Shown here piece by piece: positions 41,199 through 53,408 of a stretch of DNA of 64,000 nucleotides. The notes under the pieces were generated by a model, which saw only the letters and a program-made list of their open reading frames with translations, did no database searches and had not been told where the DNA came from. Position 1 is the stretch's first letter. Each line of letters starts with the position of its first letter. Where the stretch lies: positions 744,001 to 808,000 of the forward strand of contig OX597821.1 of assembly GCA_951406725.2 (NCBI GenBank), read 5' to 3'. The stretch comes from Octopus vulgaris. Taxonomy: Eukaryota. The position numbers and the translations under genes were made by a program.

Positions 41199-43173
41199 TA
41201 CATATATATATATACATATATATATATACATATATATATCCTTGATTTTGTATGTATGCATGAAAGTGTTTATATGTATATATATATATCTTTCATTCAG
41301 TGTGTCTGAACATATATTCATGTGTGTATATATGTGTGTGTATTATATATATGCATGCATATACACGTACATATATAAAGCGAGTGATCCTTCATTTAGG
41401 GGGTGTGTATGTCATAATGCACATATACAAACTTACACACACACTTATATGCGATTTAGTGTGTATTTGAGTGTGTGTGTGTAAATTCTTGTTTTTATAT
41501 CCACAGCTGAAACATATTTAACCCCAGGTGAGTACAGATCCTGTAAACCTATACCAGTTCATTGCACTAGGCAGGTGGCACTTTTAAAAGCATTGGATCA
41601 AATTCTTTGTTACATTTATTCCAGTTCTTTGCATTTTCTGAGTGTAGCAGAATTTATCCATTTCGGGTTGTAGAATTAATTAATCCACTGCCACATGGCC
41701 TAAAGATTAAATGGTTGTACTCACAAACATTAGATCATGGTTTCATTTCCCAGACTGGGTAGAGGATTGTGTTCTTGAGCAAAACACTTCATTTTACATG
41801 GCTCCTAATCACTCAGCAGTAAATGAGTAATGCGGTGACAGGCTGGTACCTTGTTCAAGGTAGAATGTTGTGCTCTCAGGACCTTAAGTGCCATAAAACT
41901 GGGTAACTAGACCTATGAATCTGAGAACTTAAGACAGTAATGTTCAGCATATAATGATAATGATGGTTTAACAAAATGATCTGGTCCTTGGGTGATTTCA
42001 GCAGACTTCATGCTGTTGTAAGCATTTGAGGTGGGTCTCCAGTTTGAGGATATATTTTCTCTTCTTCCCTTGATATAATCTTTTTCTGCTCTAGGTACAA
42101 GGCCCAACATTTTTGGGGAGGGGGCCAGTCAATTAGATCTACCCCAGTGCACAACTGGTACTTAATTTATCGACCCTGAAAGGATGAAAGGTAAAGTTGA
42201 TCTCAGCAGAATTTAAACTCAGAACATAAAGGCAGATGAAATACCGCTAAGCATTTCGCTCAGTGTGCTAACATCTCTGCCCGCTCACTGCCTTCTTCCC
42301 CAGATATAATAAAGAATAATGTGTGCTGACTTTCATTCTCAAACTAAGTGCATGAAAAAAAGCACATTACAAAAAGCAACCCAGCAGTAATCCAGTTGGT
42401 CAATGCTATAAAGTGATGAAATATCCAAAAAAAGTTTCTGGAAAAACAAAAGAAAATAATTGTGCTGTGACGAGAAAAAAATCCTAGAAAAATCTCTCAA
42501 CATATCAGATATCAGGTTCTTTATCATAAATATACTTAACATGTCTTCAGCACTTTTCATTTTATTTTTCAATTTCTTTTTCATTCCTGACAAAGAGCCA
42601 ATGTCTGAAATGTTCCCTTGTTTCTTCCCTGCAGCATAATTATATGTTATGTTGTCTTGAATATTCATTTGTTATTTTTCCACCACAGAGACTTTTAAGA
42701 TATTTTGTCATATTACATAGCTGTTATGACAAAAACAATGACAGTAACAATATAGCAACAATAATATCAATGTAAGGAACTTTACAAAAAGTTAAAATTC
42801 TTATTTGGCTGTGTGGTTAGAAGCTTGCTTCACAACCACATGGAACCTTGGGCAAGTGTCTACTATAGACCTGGGTCAACCAAAGCCTTGTGAGCAGATT
42901 TGGTTGATGGAAACTGAAAGAAGCCTGTTGTGTGTATGTATATATGTGTGTGTGTGTGTGTCTGTCTTTGTGTCTATGTTTGTCCCCCGCCACCACATGA
43001 CAGCCAGTGTTGGTATTGCCTTAGCAGTTCCTCAAAAGGGGCTGATACTGTAAATACCTATCCTGGTGGTGCCCCAGCATGGCCATAGTCAAATGACCAA
43101 GATAGGTAAAAGATTAAAGAGAAGATGAAAATGAAAAAGATATTCACTTATATCTATCAACCTCTCTCTCTCT

Positions 43174-43208
<35 letters not shown>

Positions 43209-43257
43209 AATACTAAATTTCTAAATCTCTCATAGAGACATGTACGATGGTGGGGCG

Positions 43258-43429
43258 ATAGAATGGTTGTATACTGTCAATCTAACACGAACGTGACAGT
43301 AGGGGAGTACACCACCGCTGTTTAGCCCTAGCCATCAGGAGGCATCGATGCTTCCTAGGGCTAAACAGCGGTAGTGTACCCCCCCTACTGTCACGTTCAT
43401 GTTAGATTGACAGTATACAACCATTCTAT
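43258..43429. mobile_element. Near-perfect 172-bp palindrome, MITE-like, beside a TA run
   Basis: Arms 43258-43331 and 43355-43429 are reverse complements with three substitutions and one indel. The centre ggaggcatcgatgcttcc is also self-complementary. Confidence 0.85.
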
Positions 43430-43836
43430 ATATATATATACACACACACACATATACACACACATGTATGTATGTATGTATATTGAATGTTCTTCCTTGC
43501 TTATATATTGCCTTTAAACAATTTCTCTTGTTTCATTTGCAACAACAAGGAACAGATAAGTGAAATAATGAGCAGAAAATGATGATAAAAAAAAGAAAAC
43601 CCAGCAGAAAGAAATTATAAAAAAACAATAAGATGAAAGCAAACTAATGAAAGAAAATGATTAAAGAAAGAAACTAAAAAAGAAATGAATAAAAAAGGAA
43701 AAAAAATCGCTATTTCAGCTGCTTATAATTGAAAATGGATGAACGCATAGAAAGTTAATTGCAATATAGTGTTTGGAAGGGGAACATTTTATTAGAAATG
43801 AATACCAACTACAGAAAGCATACACATGCCTCTATA

Positions 43837-43878
<42 letters not shown>

Positions 43879-44502
43879 TACTGTGTGGTAAGTAGCTTGC
43901 TTATGAACTACATGGTTCCGGGTTCAGTCCCACTGCATGTCACCTTGGGCAAGTGTCTCCTACTATAGCCTCGGGCTGACCAAAACCTTGTGAGTGGATT
44001 TGGTAGATGGAAACTCAAAGAAGCCTATTGTATATATGTATATATATATATATATATATATGTATGAGTATATGTTTGTCTGTCTGTGTTTGTCCCCTCA
44101 ACATCGCTTGACTACGGATGCTGGTGTGTTTACATCCCTGTAACTTAGCAGTTCGACAAAAGAGACCGATAGAATAAGTACAAGGCTTACAAAAAATAAG
44201 TCCTGGGGTCGATTTGTTCGACTAAAGGTGGTGCTCCAGCATGGCCGCAGTCAAATGACTGAAACAAATGAAAGTAAAAGAAAACAGGCGAAATGCCGCA
44301 AAGCAGTTTGCCCAGCATGCTAATGACTGCAATATATTAATGGTTATGACATGTAATTGGTTAGAAGGTTGCCTTCAGTTTTGTGCCAAATATTACCATT
44401 TAAGGAGAATATTGACTACGGATGCTGGTGTGTTTACATCCCCGTAACTTAGCAGTTCGGCAAAGAGACCGATAGAATAAGTACAAGGCTTACAAAAATT
44501 AA

Positions 44503-44690
44503 GGCCTGGAGAATTTAGTACTGACTGGAAAGATTGAATAGAAAGGAAGCCGGGAACGAAGAAGGATGTTATGGACGATGAACCGGTTGGAAGAAAGCAA
44601 GTGGAAAGAAGAGAGAAGACGAAAGAAGAGAGAATTGCAGCAGGACATGATTGTCTCTGTCCTATATTCTGGACGTGGCACTTAAAGAAA
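44503..44690 (+). mobile_element. RTE LINE extreme 3' fragment
   Basis: GLENLVLTGKIE*KGSRERRRMLW corresponds to the LE.L...GKIEGKR.RGR.R..W C-terminal RTE motif. Confidence 0.7.
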
Positions 44691-44851
44691 GGATGGAACT
44701 AACCACTAGACAGCATAGACTCTTGAGACAAGCTAGCTGAAAGTGTATGGCATCATTGGAGGTACATAGTCTCAGTAAGTTTGGCGGTGGCAAAAGGGTG
44801 GATTCTAACCAGTTATATGCTATAACAGGTAATATATTGCTTGATGATGAA

Positions 44852-45190
44852 GGTGCATGATTCAGTGGTTAGAGCATCAAGTTTACAGTTGTGAAGTTGT
44901 GAGTTCGATTTCCAGACAGGGCAGTGTGTTGTGTTCTTAAGCAAGACACTTCATCTCATGTTGCTCCAGTTCACTCAGCTGTAGAAATGGGTTGTGGAAT
45001 CACTGGTGCCAAACTGTATTGACCTTTGCCTTTCCTTCGACAACATCGGTGGTGTTGGCAAAGGAGGCTGGTATGCATGGGCGACTGCTGGTCTTCCACA
45101 AAGAACCTTGCCTGGAATTGTGCCTCGGAGGGGTACTTTCTAAGTGCAATCTCATAGCCATTCGTAACTGAAGGGGGTCTTTACTCACCT
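44852..45190 (+). mobile_element. tRNA-derived SINE, additional family
   Basis: tgattcagtggttagagc (A-box-like), gagttcgatttc (B box), ttcttaagcaagacactt segment and a distinct 3' body. Confidence 0.6.
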
Positions 45191-45354
45191 TATTTTTTTT
45201 ATTGCTTGATGATATAAAAGTGTACCTGCTCTGGTAAAAAAAAGCACCCATTACACTCTCAGAGTGGTTGGCATTAGGAAGGGCATCCAGCTGTAGAACC
45301 TAGTGCAGCAGCTGGCTCTCCAGATCTTTGAGGTTGATAAAATGAGTACCAGTA

Positions 45355-45625
45355 CTGCTAGACTGGCTCCTGTGCCGGTGGCACATAAAAAGCACCATTC
45401 AAGTGTGGTCGATGCCAGGACAATCTGACTGGCTCCTGTGCTGGTGGCATGTAAAAAGCACCCACTACACCCTCGGAGTGGCTGGCATTAGGAAGGGCAT
45501 CCAGTCGTAGGAACATTGTTGGATCAGATTGGAGCCTGGTGCAGTGGCTGGCTCTCCAGACCTCAGTCAAACCATCCAACCCATGCCAGCATGGAAAATG
45601 AACGTTAAACAATAATGGTGATGAT
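45355..45625 (+). mobile_element. Repeat family 4 (ggaagggcatccagc..ccaacccatgccagcatgg..(gat)n tail); others at about 14520-14760, 18090-18325, 63280-63420 (+) and 5030-5200, 31700-31850, 33655-33960, 35910-36110 (-)
   Basis: Shared gtggttggcattaggaagggcatccagctgtagaa...ccatccaacccatgccagcatggaaa...cgttaaatgatgatgat; SINE or RTE-type 3' end. Confidence 0.8.
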
Positions 45626-47884
45626 GTGTGCATGCATATATGTATGCACATACACATGCAGTATATTCCGAATGACCAGACGAATAAGTTGTACTTGATG
45701 TACTAAATAATTCTTGGTACACAATGTTGACTTAGGTTTGCATCAGTAATAATGGTCTTTGCTGAACCGTACCACACGTCCGTGTAAAATGCATTGGGTC
45801 ATCGCCAACAACAACAATAACAACAACAAGCGGTGATAATGTGACTGTCAACAAAACTGTCCCGACCAGGCTACCACTAACATTTATTCACTTCCCCATA
45901 TGAAACTTTTCTCTTCTGGTGTTTCGGATGATACAAATTCCTGATAGCTATGTGTGTGCATGCATGTATGCGCATGTGCACATGTGTGTGTGTGTGTGTG
46001 TGCATTGTGTTGTATAAGGGGATGTATATGAGGGGGTATATGCTAAGGAGTGTCTCTGTATGAGGTTAAATATGTGATTGGAAGTGTGTGTGCACGTTTG
46101 GGTGGAGGTGTGTGTGTGTGTGTGCACAATTTAATTGTAGATGCTGGGGTTGAGGTGATACTGGAGATGGAGTAGGGGGTCTGGGGTGTGTCAACAAGGA
46201 CAGGAATAATATTCAGTTATTTATTTGTTTTTGTTATTCATATTTTTCTTTTACATTTTTCTCTCCCAAAAGAGTAAGAAAAACAGAATTAAAAAAATCC
46301 AAAACAGATAATAAAAAAAGATGAAACAAAAAAAAACGCAATAACGTAAAAAATATTGGGAAAAAGACACAAAAGTGAATAGAAGAGGAGTGGATGGGGT
46401 AGTCATATTTAAATAGATGTTATGCATATATACATACACAGATATAAAGACATGTACATATACACACACACGTATAGATATATTCACATAGGCATGCATA
46501 GATATAGATATACATAGATATACATATTCACAAACACACCTCCACATTTACAAACACCCTGTCTCCCAGAATGGTATTCACATATTTGTATTTATAAATA
46601 CAAATTTACAGAGAAATAACCATTTAAATTTATCATACATGTATATACGTTCATATGCACATACACAAGCAGGGGCATACATACACCACTCATACATAAT
46701 CACATGGATATATCAATAAACATGTATTATATACATATATACACGCACATGCATATTCTTGTGTGTACACACATGTATGTTATACTTAAATACATAGTAA
46801 CACATACACATGGACACAAAACAATTCTATGAACACATGGTTGTATATACACATATGCTTGTGTGTGCATTTATATGTATACACAGGCAGGTGTATACAC
46901 ATCTACATGTACACACATGCAAGCATATACATCTGTATATACACATGCATGCACACTCACACACATACATATCCACATACATAGTCAAACAAATACAGAC
47001 ACACATCTGTATATACGCATGCACACATATTCACACATACACACATCTATATATATACACTAACATGCACATTCACACATATCCACACACACACATCTGT
47101 AAATACACGTTCGCACTGATATATATATTCACATGCACATTCCAGCTAACACACACACACACACGTTTGTATATACATGTGCATGCACACTCACACACAT
47201 ATATTCTCATGCACAGTCAACCAAACACACACACACACATACATATTCACATGTATAGCGAAGCAAATGCACACATCTGTATATACATGTGCATGGGCAT
47301 TCATGCATATATATTCACATGTACAGTGAAGCAAACACGCACACATTTATATACGCATACAAACAACACCCACACATTCACATACAAAGACTCATATCAA
47401 TAAACACAAAAGCCCATGTTGACACAGAAATAAACATCCGCATAATTAACACATAAACACACACACACGCACATACATACATATATTTATATATGCATAT
47501 ATATACACCAGGGATATATCAATCACCTTGACAAATATCAAGGATCAATAATGCATAGCAAAAAAAAAAAATTAGTGGAACAGAAAAAGCAAAAAGAAAA
47601 GAAAATGTAAAAAGGAAAGCCAGCCCCATGGCACTCAACACTGACTCTGTTTGGAGTGGACAATAAAGATAACAGAAGAGAAGATGAACAACAATAACAA
47701 TTGTAATATTAATTGATGATTGATGTTAATGAGCAGAGGGGCGACAAGGACAACATTACAAGACATTATAATGTAATGATTTCAGTGAGTATTTTAGTAA
47801 AAAAAAAAAAGAATTAACAAGAAAACTGGATATGGAGTTTGTATAAGAGAAATATTGAAAATACTGTTATGATACAGAAATAAA

Positions 47885-48030
47885 TAATTATGCAGGAGGG
47901 AAGATGCCCGGGAGAGGAGAGAACTCAGAAGGATGTGGTGTGTGACGATCTCTGGAGACTGCACAAAGGAAACGACTAGAGACTGCAGTAAGTGGTGAGA
48001 TGCTGTTCTGGATATGACCTATCAGAGTTA
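47885..48030 (+). mobile_element. Decayed RTE-like 3' fragment
   Basis: gagggaagatgcccgggagaggaga...gacgatctc...gaaacgactagagactgcagtaagtggtgagatgctgtt resembles EG...RGRP...DDL...T.DR..WR.AV. Confidence 0.45.
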
Positions 48031-48377
48031 CGAAAGCATAGGGAAAATGGGCATAAAATGCTGACAATTACATAGACACACACATGTGAAGTGTATGTGG
48101 CCTAGTGGTTAGGGTGTTTGACTCAGGAGTGCAAGATCATGGTTTCAATATCCTGGACTGAGTAGCAAGATTTCATTTTTTTTTTTTTTTGTAAACCACT
48201 TAATTTTCCATTGCTCGTGCATGGTGCATGGTGTGTGCCACATGTCTAACGTCCATGTTGATTTGTTTATAGAGATCAAATTTTTGCTTGCTCCCACATT
48301 CAAATCATCTGTGCATATTCCTCAGCAAGAACTTGTGGGACCCTTATCTGTTGTTTATGACATGAAAGTCTACCATG

Positions 48378-48408
<31 letters not shown>

Positions 48409-48513
48409 GTTTGTTTCTTTTACGTCTGTTTTTCCATGCTAGCATGGTTTACATGGATACTTATTACTGAGGCATAATTTTACAGCTGGATGCTCTTCCT
48501 TACCTGAATAATC

Positions 48514-48576
<63 letters not shown>

Positions 48577-48739
48577 ACAATTTTGAACATAGACACATGG
48601 TTACATGTTGGCTAAAGGTATAGAATGCCAGTACTTATCTGGTATCTTTGTTTTATCAACACTGGAAAGAAAGAAAGAGAACAACCAACTTTGGCAGAAT
48701 TCAATCTTGGAGAAGGAAGAAGCAATGGGGGGGGGATTA

Positions 48740-49632
48740 AGTAAATAAGTTAAGGTAATGGGGGGAAGGGGAGAAATAGATAGATAGATAAAGAGAGTGA
48801 GAGATAGAGGGAGATGGAGAGTTGGGGAGATGGAGAGGTAGGGGAGATGGAGAGTGAGAGAGATGGAGAGTGAGTGGGATAGAGAAAGATAAAGAGATAT
48901 AAAGAGAGCTAGAGATAAGGATAGAGAGATATATAGTGACAGGGAGAGAGAGAGAGAGAGAGAGGAAATGGAGGGTTAGAAGTTGAGAGTAGAAGTGAAG
49001 GAGAAAGAATGGAAGAGGCAAAGAAGTTTTTAAGAGAGAAAGTGACAGAACAGAGAGAGGGAGAGAGAGAGATAGAAAGAGAGATAGATAGATAGATAGA
49101 TATATATAGAGAGAGAGGGAGAGAGAGAGAATGAGAGAGTGGGAGAAACACAGAGAGAAAGAGAAAGAATGAAGGAATGGAAGAAACAGAGAGAGAGAGA
49201 GAGAGAGATTTAGAAGTAGTGCAAATGTGAGAATAAAAGAAAATAAGAGCATGAGAGGGAAAGAGGGGAAGTATTAGAAAGAGTAGACAGAGAGAGAAAG
49301 AAAATGTGGGTGAGAGAGAGAGAAAGAGAACAAGAAAGAGATGGCTAGAGAGAGAGGCAAGCAGGCTGAGAGAGAGAGAGAGAGAGAGAGAGGCAAGCAG
49401 GCTGAGAGAGAGAGAGAGAGAGAGAGAGGCAAGCAGGCTGAGAGAGAGAGAGAGAGAGAGGCAAGCAGGCTGAGAGAGAGAGAGAGAGAGAGGCAAGCAG
49501 GCTGAGAGAGAGAGAGAGAGAGAGAGGCAAGCAGGCTGAGAGAGAGAGAGAGAGAGAGAGAGGCAAGCAGGCTGAGAGAGAGAGAGAGAGAGAGAGAGAG
49601 GCAAGCAGGCTGAGAGAGAGAGAGAGAGAGAC
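48740..49632. repeat. Polypurine (GA) tract ending in a compound array GGCAAGCAGGCT-(GA)n, about eight copies
   Basis: Highly A/G-biased + strand. 49345-49632 has a fixed 12-mer separated by variable GA runs. Confidence 0.95.
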
Positions 49633-49986
49633 AGTGTTGTAGCCAGACCAGTGTTTAAATGATTTATAGACTGGCCAACTATAATGGATATAGTGGTGGT
49701 GGTGGTGGCTGAGGTGAAGTAGGGGACATGGGGGAGGGAAGAAAAAGGGACACCATTTTTCTTTAATAAAACCTTAAAAGTCAGTTTGATTAATGAAGGA
49801 TTTGTTTGAAGTTTTGGTTTTGCATTTTGTTTTTTTGTTTTTTGACAGGTAAGAGAAAGGTAAGTAATTTATTTTTCTTACAATATTCTCATCTTTCCCC
49901 CCCCCGTGTCTCTGATGTATTTTCCCCTCTCACTTACTCATTTCACCACACCCCTTATGTATACATAAATACATAAATATATATAT

Positions 49987-50150
49987 AGGTGCAGGAGTGA
50001 CTGCGTGGTAAGTAACTTGCTTACCAACCACATGGTTCTGGGTTCAGTCCCACTGCGCGGCAGCTTGGGCAAGTGTCTTCTACTATAGCCTTGGGCCGAC
50101 CAAAGCCTTGTGAGTGGATTTGGTAGACGGAAACTGAAAGAAGCCCGTCG

Positions 50151-50184
<34 letters not shown>

Positions 50185-50314
50185 CATATATATATATATA
50201 TGTGTGTGTGTGTTTGTGTTTGTCCCCCTAACATCGCTTGACAACCGATGCTGGTGTGTTTATGTCCCTGTAACTTAGCGGTTCAGCAAAAGAGACCGAT
50301 AGAATAAGTACTAG
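49987..50314 (+). mobile_element. tRNA-derived SINE family 1 (CORE-like body), representative copy; others at about 4107, 10935, 11122, 25138, 27560, 30445, 38680, 42805, 43880, 61780 (+) and 27880-28335, 30000-30370, 33270, 36700, 51785-52162 (-)
   Basis: Recurrent ggctgtgtggtaag..gcttgctt..caaccacatggtt..gggttcagtcccactg.gtggcaccttgggcaagtgtcttctactatagcc...gaaactgaaagaagcc, an internal (TA/TG)n tract, and a 3' part ending ccagcatggcc...tgactgaaacaagtaaaa in full copies. Confidence 0.9.
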
Positions 50315-50790
50315 TGTAACTTTTGACACCAATAAATTATTGTTCCTGATCATACACTGTCCACTTTTTGTTTTCTTTGCCTGCCATGGACTGCTTGAAT
50401 CTTATTAGTTTCCTACACTTGGATCCCATTTATATAGATTATACTTTAGTGTATATATTACATATACATCAGTTTTAATCACAGTGTGTATACATTTAAA
50501 GAGCATTTGATTATGTACATGTGTGTGTGAACACAATTTAACACCCATTTTCTATGCTGGTATATATTATATTATATTATATTATATTATATTATATTAT
50601 ATTATAATCATGTTTATTTTTATGTTCAGTTATAATAAAAACAGTTCTATGTTAATCTGAAGGGTTACTCTACACTTTTGTAGAACACAAATTTATAATT
50701 CTTATACAAGAATGTTGTTGACAGTGACTTCAAAATTTTGGCCAGCTAAGTCTGATGATGGGATAGCTGGTCAAAACAGGAATCTCCAGT

Positions 50791-51064
50791 ACAGTTCTAT
50801 ATTTAACCACTACGCCATATGCCCATGGGTATATGGCGTAGTGGTTAAGGGCGTGGGCTACTAACTCCAAGATTCCGAGTTTGATTCCAAGCAGTGACCT
50901 GAACACTAATAATAATAATAACATCGAAAAATACGTTAGGAATGAGAACCCAGGTTCGAAATTTCCCCCAAGATACCTGAAAAAGGCTGGAAGGTATATC
51001 AGCCAAAACATTGTGTTAACAACAAAGAAGATGAGGACGAATATCCATCGAATGTAAATAATGT
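50791..51064 (+). mobile_element. tRNA-headed, hammerhead-bearing SINE-like element with inverted 5' end and 15-bp flanking duplication
   Basis: A box tggcgtagtgg; B box gagtttgattcc; (aat)n linker; hammerhead-like ctgaaaa-a-ggctg..cagcc-aaaac-att-gtgtt. Palindrome at 50803-50848. Flanks acaggaatctccagt (50776-50790) and acaggaatctctagt (51065-51079). Confidence 0.75.
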
Positions 51065-51440
51065 ACAGGAATCTCTAGTGTTACTGAAATAACATGTTTT
51101 TTGGAAACCTTGCCCTAATATAGAACAATATAACACTAAACCAATTTTTTTTTATTGACTTTTATGTGACATAGCAAGATTTATATTGGAGCAGGGAATT
51201 GGCTGAAGAATCTTTAAAGCAATGAGCAAAAGCCCTTGAAGTAGTTGTCATCACTTTTGTATAAATTACAGGTTCAAATCCTGCCAAGGCCATCTTTACC
51301 TTATATTCTATCATCGTATTAATAAAATAATGTGACTTTCTAGTACTGAAGATGAAACTGGGAGGTACCTGATATAAGAGTCTGTCTCCAGTTTCATTTT
51401 TTCAAGCTAAGAGTTGCTGAAGCATGGAACAAACTGCCGG

Positions 51441-51676
51441 CATCAGTTGTTAGTTGTCGGAGCACTGCATCCTACAAAACTTCCATGCTTCCTGAGATTC
51501 GCCAACACTACACCTGATTTTCTCCCCTCCATACACACACAAGCATGTATCTGACTCATGCATTGTTCGCTTTCCAGACATTTGTACATTACTGCATATG
51601 CTTTATACGCACTTTTTGACAAGTTGTGGTGCACCTGAGCACTGTATACAATAATTTCATTATTATATTATTATTT
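51441..51676 (+). mobile_element. 5'-truncated retroposon 3' end with (ATT)n tail
   Basis: Complex, CpG-retaining segment ending caataatttc(att)n; family not identified. Confidence 0.4.
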
Positions 51677-51784
51677 TATTAAAAGGGGGAAAAAAAGGGC
51701 CATTCCCTCATCAATGGATACCTTTTGTCTGCTGAAATGTCAAGTCATTATCCTTTTATCTATTCTTTTATTCTTTTTTTTTGT

Positions 51785-52162
51785 TTACTTGTTTCAGTCA
51801 TTTGACTGTGGCCATGCTGGGGCACTGGCTTTAGTCAAGCAAATCAACCCCAGGACTTATTCTTTGTAAGCCCAGTACTTATTCTTTCGGTCTTTTTTGC
51901 TGAACCGCTAAGTTACGGGTACATAAACACACCAGTATTGGTTGTCAAGTGATGTTGGGGGACAAATACACACAGACAATCATACACACATACACACACA
52001 CGACAGGCTTCTCTCAATTTCCATCTATCAAATCCACTCACAAGGCTTTGCTCAACCTGAGGCTATAATAGAAGACACTTGCCAAGGTGCCACACAGTAG
52101 GACTGAACCTAGAACCATGTGATTCATAAGCAAGCTACTTACTACACAGCCTCTCCTGTACC
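51785..52162 (-). mobile_element. SINE family 1, full-length antisense copy
   Basis: Reverse complement of the 25138 and 49987 copies. Confidence 0.88.
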
Positions 52163-53268
52163 TATATTGATTACTGTACAGAAAAATATATACCAATAAT
52201 AATATTAGAGAGAGAGGGTGACATGTGGTGCTAAAAGCAAGGTAAAGTTATCTTGTGTCATACCAACACATAAAGGGCCAGTTTCCTGGTTTCGTGGTAT
52301 ATATATATTATCCCACCTGGATGGGATGTCAATCCATCGCAGGATTACCCATTTTGTCAGCTGAGTGGACTGGAGCAATGTGAAATGAAGTGTTTTTGCT
52401 CAAAAACAAATTGTGTCACCCGGTCCAGGAATTGAAACCACAATCTAATGATCATGAGTCCATCACTCTAACCACTAAGCCATGTGCCTCCACATAGGCG
52501 ATATGTGCTGGAAATGTGCATATTTTGTCTTAGTGTAAAAGATGGGCCACAGCAAATATTCTGTTCATATTGCAGATTTGCTTGTAAGTTGCTTGGCTTG
52601 AACCAGTTGAGTATGTCCCTTAGTGGTTGACGATATGTGCATCTCTGATCAGGAGCAGAAGTAGTATGGAAGTAGTATCATAGCCATGTGTTAAGAGGGA
52701 TTCTTTGGGGTTTGAGTAATTCACCCCTGGAAACATGGGTGTTTCGTTCATCATCCTTAAACAACTCTTATTCAGGGATATTTTGAGTGGGATGGGCTAT
52801 GAAGAAAATTCTAGCTGGGTCCCACCTGCAAGGTCATACACTGTTTAGCTAGATCACCATATCATGCATATATGTTTGTGATGCATATGCCTGGTGTATT
52901 CTTATCAGACTGCTTGTCATATATTTGTACCCCAGTGTCACTTTGATGGCATGTGCTGCTCTCTCACTCAATAATAATTGGTTTTGATTTAGGCATAAAA
53001 CCAGCAATTTTTTAAAGAAAATTGGGTTACTCAACACCATCAACCCAAGTATGTGACTGGTACTTTTCATTTGCCCCTGAAGGAATGAATGGCAAACCTG
53101 ACCTGAGTGGGATTTGAACTCAGCATATAGAGCCAAAACTTAACATGGAAAGGTTTGTTTTTTTTACTTAATGACTGTCTAACGATTCTGCCAATCCACT
53201 CTTAATTATATTCCAATAATCAATCAGCTGCTGCTGCTTCTACTAATAGCAACAATAATAAAAACACA

Positions 53269-53302
<34 letters not shown>

Positions 53303-53339
53303 ATAATAATAATAATAATAATAATGATAATAATGATAA

Positions 53340-53408
<69 letters not shown>

